The notes under the pieces: model-generated
Databases searched by the model: none
What the model was told of the DNA's origin: nothing
The model's input: only the letters and a program-made list of their open reading frames with translations
Part shown: piece after piece, positions 59,953-64,000 of the stretch
Position numbering within the stretch: the first letter of the stretch is position 1
Layout: each line of letters opens with the position of its first letter
Origin: Podospora anserina
Taxonomy: Eukaryota
DNA: 64,000 nt
Reading direction: 5' to 3'
NCBI GenBank assembly: GCA_017654855.1
Contig: JAFMPO010000001.1
Location: 620,001-684,000 of the forward strand
Translations under genes and position numbers: made by a program

Positions 59953-62900
59953 ATAGATACTTCGACTGCTTTGATACTGGTCATGAACTAAGCACCTGGA
60001 TAGTGCTCGCTCGTTTTGGAATGGTCAAAAGGCGTTTATACGGGGTTATTCTTGGGTTATCGTTTTTGTAATTGGTGGTGGATGGACTCGGCAGTGCGAT
60101 ACGAGGTGTAGCAGTAGTCTTTGGAAGCATTCGTTTGAGAGAGGAAAGCAAAGGTACCTTGTAATTGACCAAGATCTATGGATAGCTGCGAGAATAACAG
60201 GTGAAAAGATGATAATGTGTGGAAAGGGCTTTCTGGGACGTTGATACAGCTCATTAATCGTGTCCTCGATATATTGCATCTCTGCCACCCTCATATATAC
60301 CCCCGTGGATACCAGCTATCGTAGCAGGTAGATCGTGAGCCCTCAGAGGCATACCTCAGAAACAGCTCCTCGAAAGGTGACAGCGCTGCCTGAAAACACG
60401 ATTCTCACCCACCCTCATCTCTCACCCGAGATCTGATGATCTCAGCCGCGATAACACCGTGCCGACCAGCCTGGGCACACCGGCTTCGCTGACCCGGCAC
60501 CTCACGATATCACATCGCCAATCAGATCATCAACCGTCCAGCCACGCTCCCCGCCAAGACAAACCGATCGACAATGCTAAGATCTGCTAAAGAGTAAAAG
60601 AGCTAGCCCGGCCTCAGCCGGGAAATCGTTAACTCTCACGAGAATTTGGCCATTCCGAAAACGAGCCTCTTGGCTGGCGCGGACTGGCAAAGATGAAAAA
60701 AAAAGCAGTGCTGATGAATTCGGTTCATGCAGATCCCACCAAGGAAGCTTTTTCCCAAAGGGTAGATCGCGACATCTGTTCAGACAGGGCCAGAGTGCAG
60801 TGTTCTCCCCCCCCCGCATTTCTGCTAGCTGTGGGACTCACCGCCATCATGAGCAAAATCGTCACCAGATGAGACAACATCTCGCACACACACAGCAGTG
60901 TTTCTTGCTGGATCCCGCCCGCAGGCTGGGCAAGATAGACAGGCGGTGAATTTGTCGGTAAGCAGCTCGCCCACCCTTGAGTAAATGATCGAGACAAACA
61001 AACAAAGAGAAAGTGATAGGCGAGAGAGAAGAGACTGTTCACGACGGTTTGCCTTGTGACGCCTTGGGGGCAGGACGCTACGGAAGTTTTGACTGTGGCC
61101 TGCTTGCTGTTGTGGCAGCGCCGAAGGGTCTTGCGTGACAGCAACCACGACAGGTTCGAGACAATGTTTTCCTGAACGTCCAGAATTTGGTTGGACAGAA
61201 TGCGCGCACAGGGTGGAAAAGAGGGTAAACAATGAGCTGTTCCGTTCCCCCACAACAACCAGTTAGTAACGGCCGCATCATCAATGTTATCTCGCCCCTC
61301 AGGTTTGTATTTATCGCTGGTATTGCGGCCGGTAAAACCTGGTTGAGCCGCAGGACCAAGACTGACATACAACGATGCAGAGAGAACAATTCGATCCCGG
61401 AGGCCTTTTCCCACCTGTAGCCTGGATGCTACACTGCCTTTGCACAGGTAACATCGCGGGGTGGAGGCTGGGCGTTGATGCGGGTAGTGACCCCCGCGTG
61501 CGGTTGATGGTTTCAACGTCGAACGCTTCTTCTGTCTTGGGAGGACGGGATGCTGACGAACATGTTGGGAACATTCATGGAGTACGAGTAGCCATAACCA
61601 CAACTTCTCTGTATTGTCTTGGCTGACAATGGCTTTTATAGGGGCGGACGCGTGTCGTCTCGTCTTGAGGGGCGCAGTCGGCAATACGAGGGCATCGATT
61701 CACATGGACTTTTGCTGCATAATCTGTGGTGTCGTTTCTGGTGACCCCATCCTACGCTGCGGGAAGATCTCCAAGGGCTGGTCGCTGCCGTTGGGTTGAC
61801 AACCACCGTTTTCCACTGGACAAATGTCTCCTATCTCTGACCAAAGCCGGCCTCGAGCAGGGTGTCGTATACGAATCGTCTTTGTAGGTTCGTGAGGGTG
61901 GCATCAGCCAATCGTTCAGGTGTCCTCACCTGAAGATGGAAGCAGCTGAGTCACTGGCCACAGGTGCACACAAAGGGCGATATCCATGTCGTGTGCAGAG
62001 AGCACTGCATTAGGGGGTGCTTCGTGCTTGCAGCAAGTGCGAGAGCTTGAGCCCTCCGCCGAGAGCTTGAGATGCCGTTGCTGCCGACGAAAGCCTCAAA
62101 CAAAAAGGTGAAATGTGCGAGTCGCTTGAACACGGGTCTGGTGCCAGAGGTTTGTAGTAGGAAATAGGGGCCGTCGGGAGCAAGGAGATAGCTGTCACGT
62201 CTGTCTGCGCCTTCATCAGCAGCTGTTTCGGTTTATGCAGGTTGCCGCCCTGTCTCACTTGCTGGCTTCCTCTGCTGGGAGCCGTCCATATCAATCACGG
62301 ACAGTCGGAACGGGAATGGAAGCTCACAACCGCGATGAATGTGTTCCTCCTCCACGAAATGCCCCGACTTGAGAATCTCATAAGCCTTGGCTGACGTCTC
62401 GACGCCCTAGTGCTAGGGCATATGGTGGTGTGTGTGCTGTCGACCCACGGCGTATCGTGGTCCACAACCGTTACAAGGGCCATCGAGGTCCTAGTAGCGC
62501 TAAGCCTGTCACTAATTATTAACAGATTGATAGCCGTCAGGAAACGTGCCTGGAAAAAATGTCGCGCGTATCAGAATATCTCGACGAGGGTGGTGGAGTC
62601 GCACTGTCCCGTATTCTGTTGCATTCCACCCACTGCCAGTCACGTCCTCCTTGTCCAAGGAGAACGGGGTCCCGAGATGCGCCGAGCATGCCAACCACCC
62701 ACTTAAAGCGTTGCTGTTGCTGCCGCGTTGAGCTGTCTCTGAAGCCCTTGATAAGGGGTTGTGTGGACAGGTCGCGAACAATCTCGGGTGAGGCGTGTAT
62801 TGGTTCGAAGGATAACGAGAATTCCGCAAGCCACCGATGAGAAAGATCTTCAGGAACGGGCGGCGTCTTTCGCGGCTCGATTTCCACGATGCCCAAGACC

Positions 62901-64000
62901 CAAGTGAGCTGAAGAATGGGTACCGGCTACCCCACCAAGCGGCCCAGTGCTAAGGTTGGACCGGGCATCCTGCGCATCTCACGGCACTACAGGCCGCTCC
63001 AGCGGTTTCAGCGTGCCGCCATTGGCCACGAGTGGCTTTCAGCGCCCAGAACCACTAACGTACCCAGAGAATCCCAAGTACTGGCTACCGGGGGGCTGCG
63101 TGGATAGCTGTGGGAATCACGAAGAGAAGCGAGGGCAGTGACGCCATGGGCCCATTATCCATTTCCTAGTTGTTGCTGTTTCCCGTGAGCCCGAGCTCCG
63201 CTGGCCTCACCACTCAGCGGGGCTGCTTGCCCTGTCAACCCTTCCCTGCGGCAGCGCTGTGCCTTCCAGGTGTTCATGCAGCCCCTCTCCTCCTCCAGCT
63301 CTCCCGTCCCCAAGAAACGTGTGAAGCTGTGTCCCATCAAATATTTTAAAAAAATAAAAAAAAACCCCCCCCCAAAAAAAACACAAAGAGGCAACAGGTG
63401 AAACTGCTGACACTGGGGAAGCGTTGAGCGTGTACTCACTCCGTACCAGTATTTCATTACTTGTGCTCTTGAACCAGCAACAGCGGAGCCATCTTCGCCC
63501 ATCAGTTGACTTATCGGCAACAGCGCTGGTCAGATCTGGCTCCTTCTCACCCAATCCTTGTCATCAAACACCCGCCTCTCCTCGCCGTCCCCACCTGCTC
63601 ATTGTTGGTGCTTCGGCCGGCTGGTTTTCTCTTTTTACCTGCAAACGCTCCCCACGCCGCCACACACACCACCTTTTTCTCCTCTTCCTTCCTCCTTCAA
63701 CACCCTCGCGGGAACACCATCGCTGTCCTGTTCTGTCCGTCGCGCGGCTTCGCCGTGTTCAATTCTAGCTCACGGACTCATCCCATCTCCGGCTCTCTCG
63801 CTCAGGTCTCTCGTACGAACCATCAGGTCTCCAATCTCCAGCCGGTCTGATCGGGCTCAGGTGTCTCCAACTTTCCCTGAAACCCGCTGTCAGCAAATCT
63901 CTCTTTCACCACTACCCAACCTGACAAAATTGTCCAACCTGGCATGGCCGTGGCCCAATCCCAGCCAATTCGTGTGTGAGGATCTACTGGGAACAGTTGC

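Noticed and set aside
60725..61684. 319-aa minus-strand ORF
   Set aside because: It has a non-ATG start, no domain and no codon bias. The 60-64 kb stretch looks like the upstream region of a gene beyond the window, with a pyrimidine-rich leader from ~63500.
1..64000. CRISPR arrays, transposons/LTRs, RIP-degraded repeats, secondary-metabolite cluster
   Set aside because: I saw no spaced direct repeats, terminal repeats, transposase/RT motifs or AT-rich RIP blocks. The PPTase is AcpS-type and there is no PKS or NRPS in the window.

Overview
Eukaryotic, intron-containing DNA from a filamentous ascomycete. Intron signals, a dispersed 5S gene and the gene content suggest Sordariomycetes, probably Podospora/Neurospora-like; this is an inference. 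I hand-spliced 16 protein-coding genes: a partial GRAM/LAM sterol-transfer protein, an Atg38/NRBF2-like protein, Mtr10 head-to-head with SmE, 5-formyl-THF cyclo-ligase, an OPT transporter, a cyclin-L-like protein, the xylanolytic regulator XlnR/XLR-1, histidinol phosphatase, an AcpS-type PPTase, a DUF1774 protein, a Clr5-domain protein, a secreted GMC oxidoreductase, a CSC1/OSCA-type channel, an orphan coiled-coil protein and a kelch single-pass membrane protein are well supported; the ORF near 41 kb is doubtful. There is also one 5S rRNA gene and one intron-containing tRNA-Arg(CCT). No CRISPR array, transposon or prokaryotic element was seen. The most notable features are: (1) the xlnR upstream architecture, with an ~11 kb gene-free region, six clustered CreA motifs around an XlnR motif, a predicted 5'-UTR intron holding six uATGs, and a distal XlnR-motif cluster; (2) a GC-AG intron that removes a stop codon in the OPT gene; (3) a canonical EF-hand-like loop in the channel tail; (4) a recurring C-rich to G-rich switch along coding strands. 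None of these proves a new system; all are testable hypotheses.
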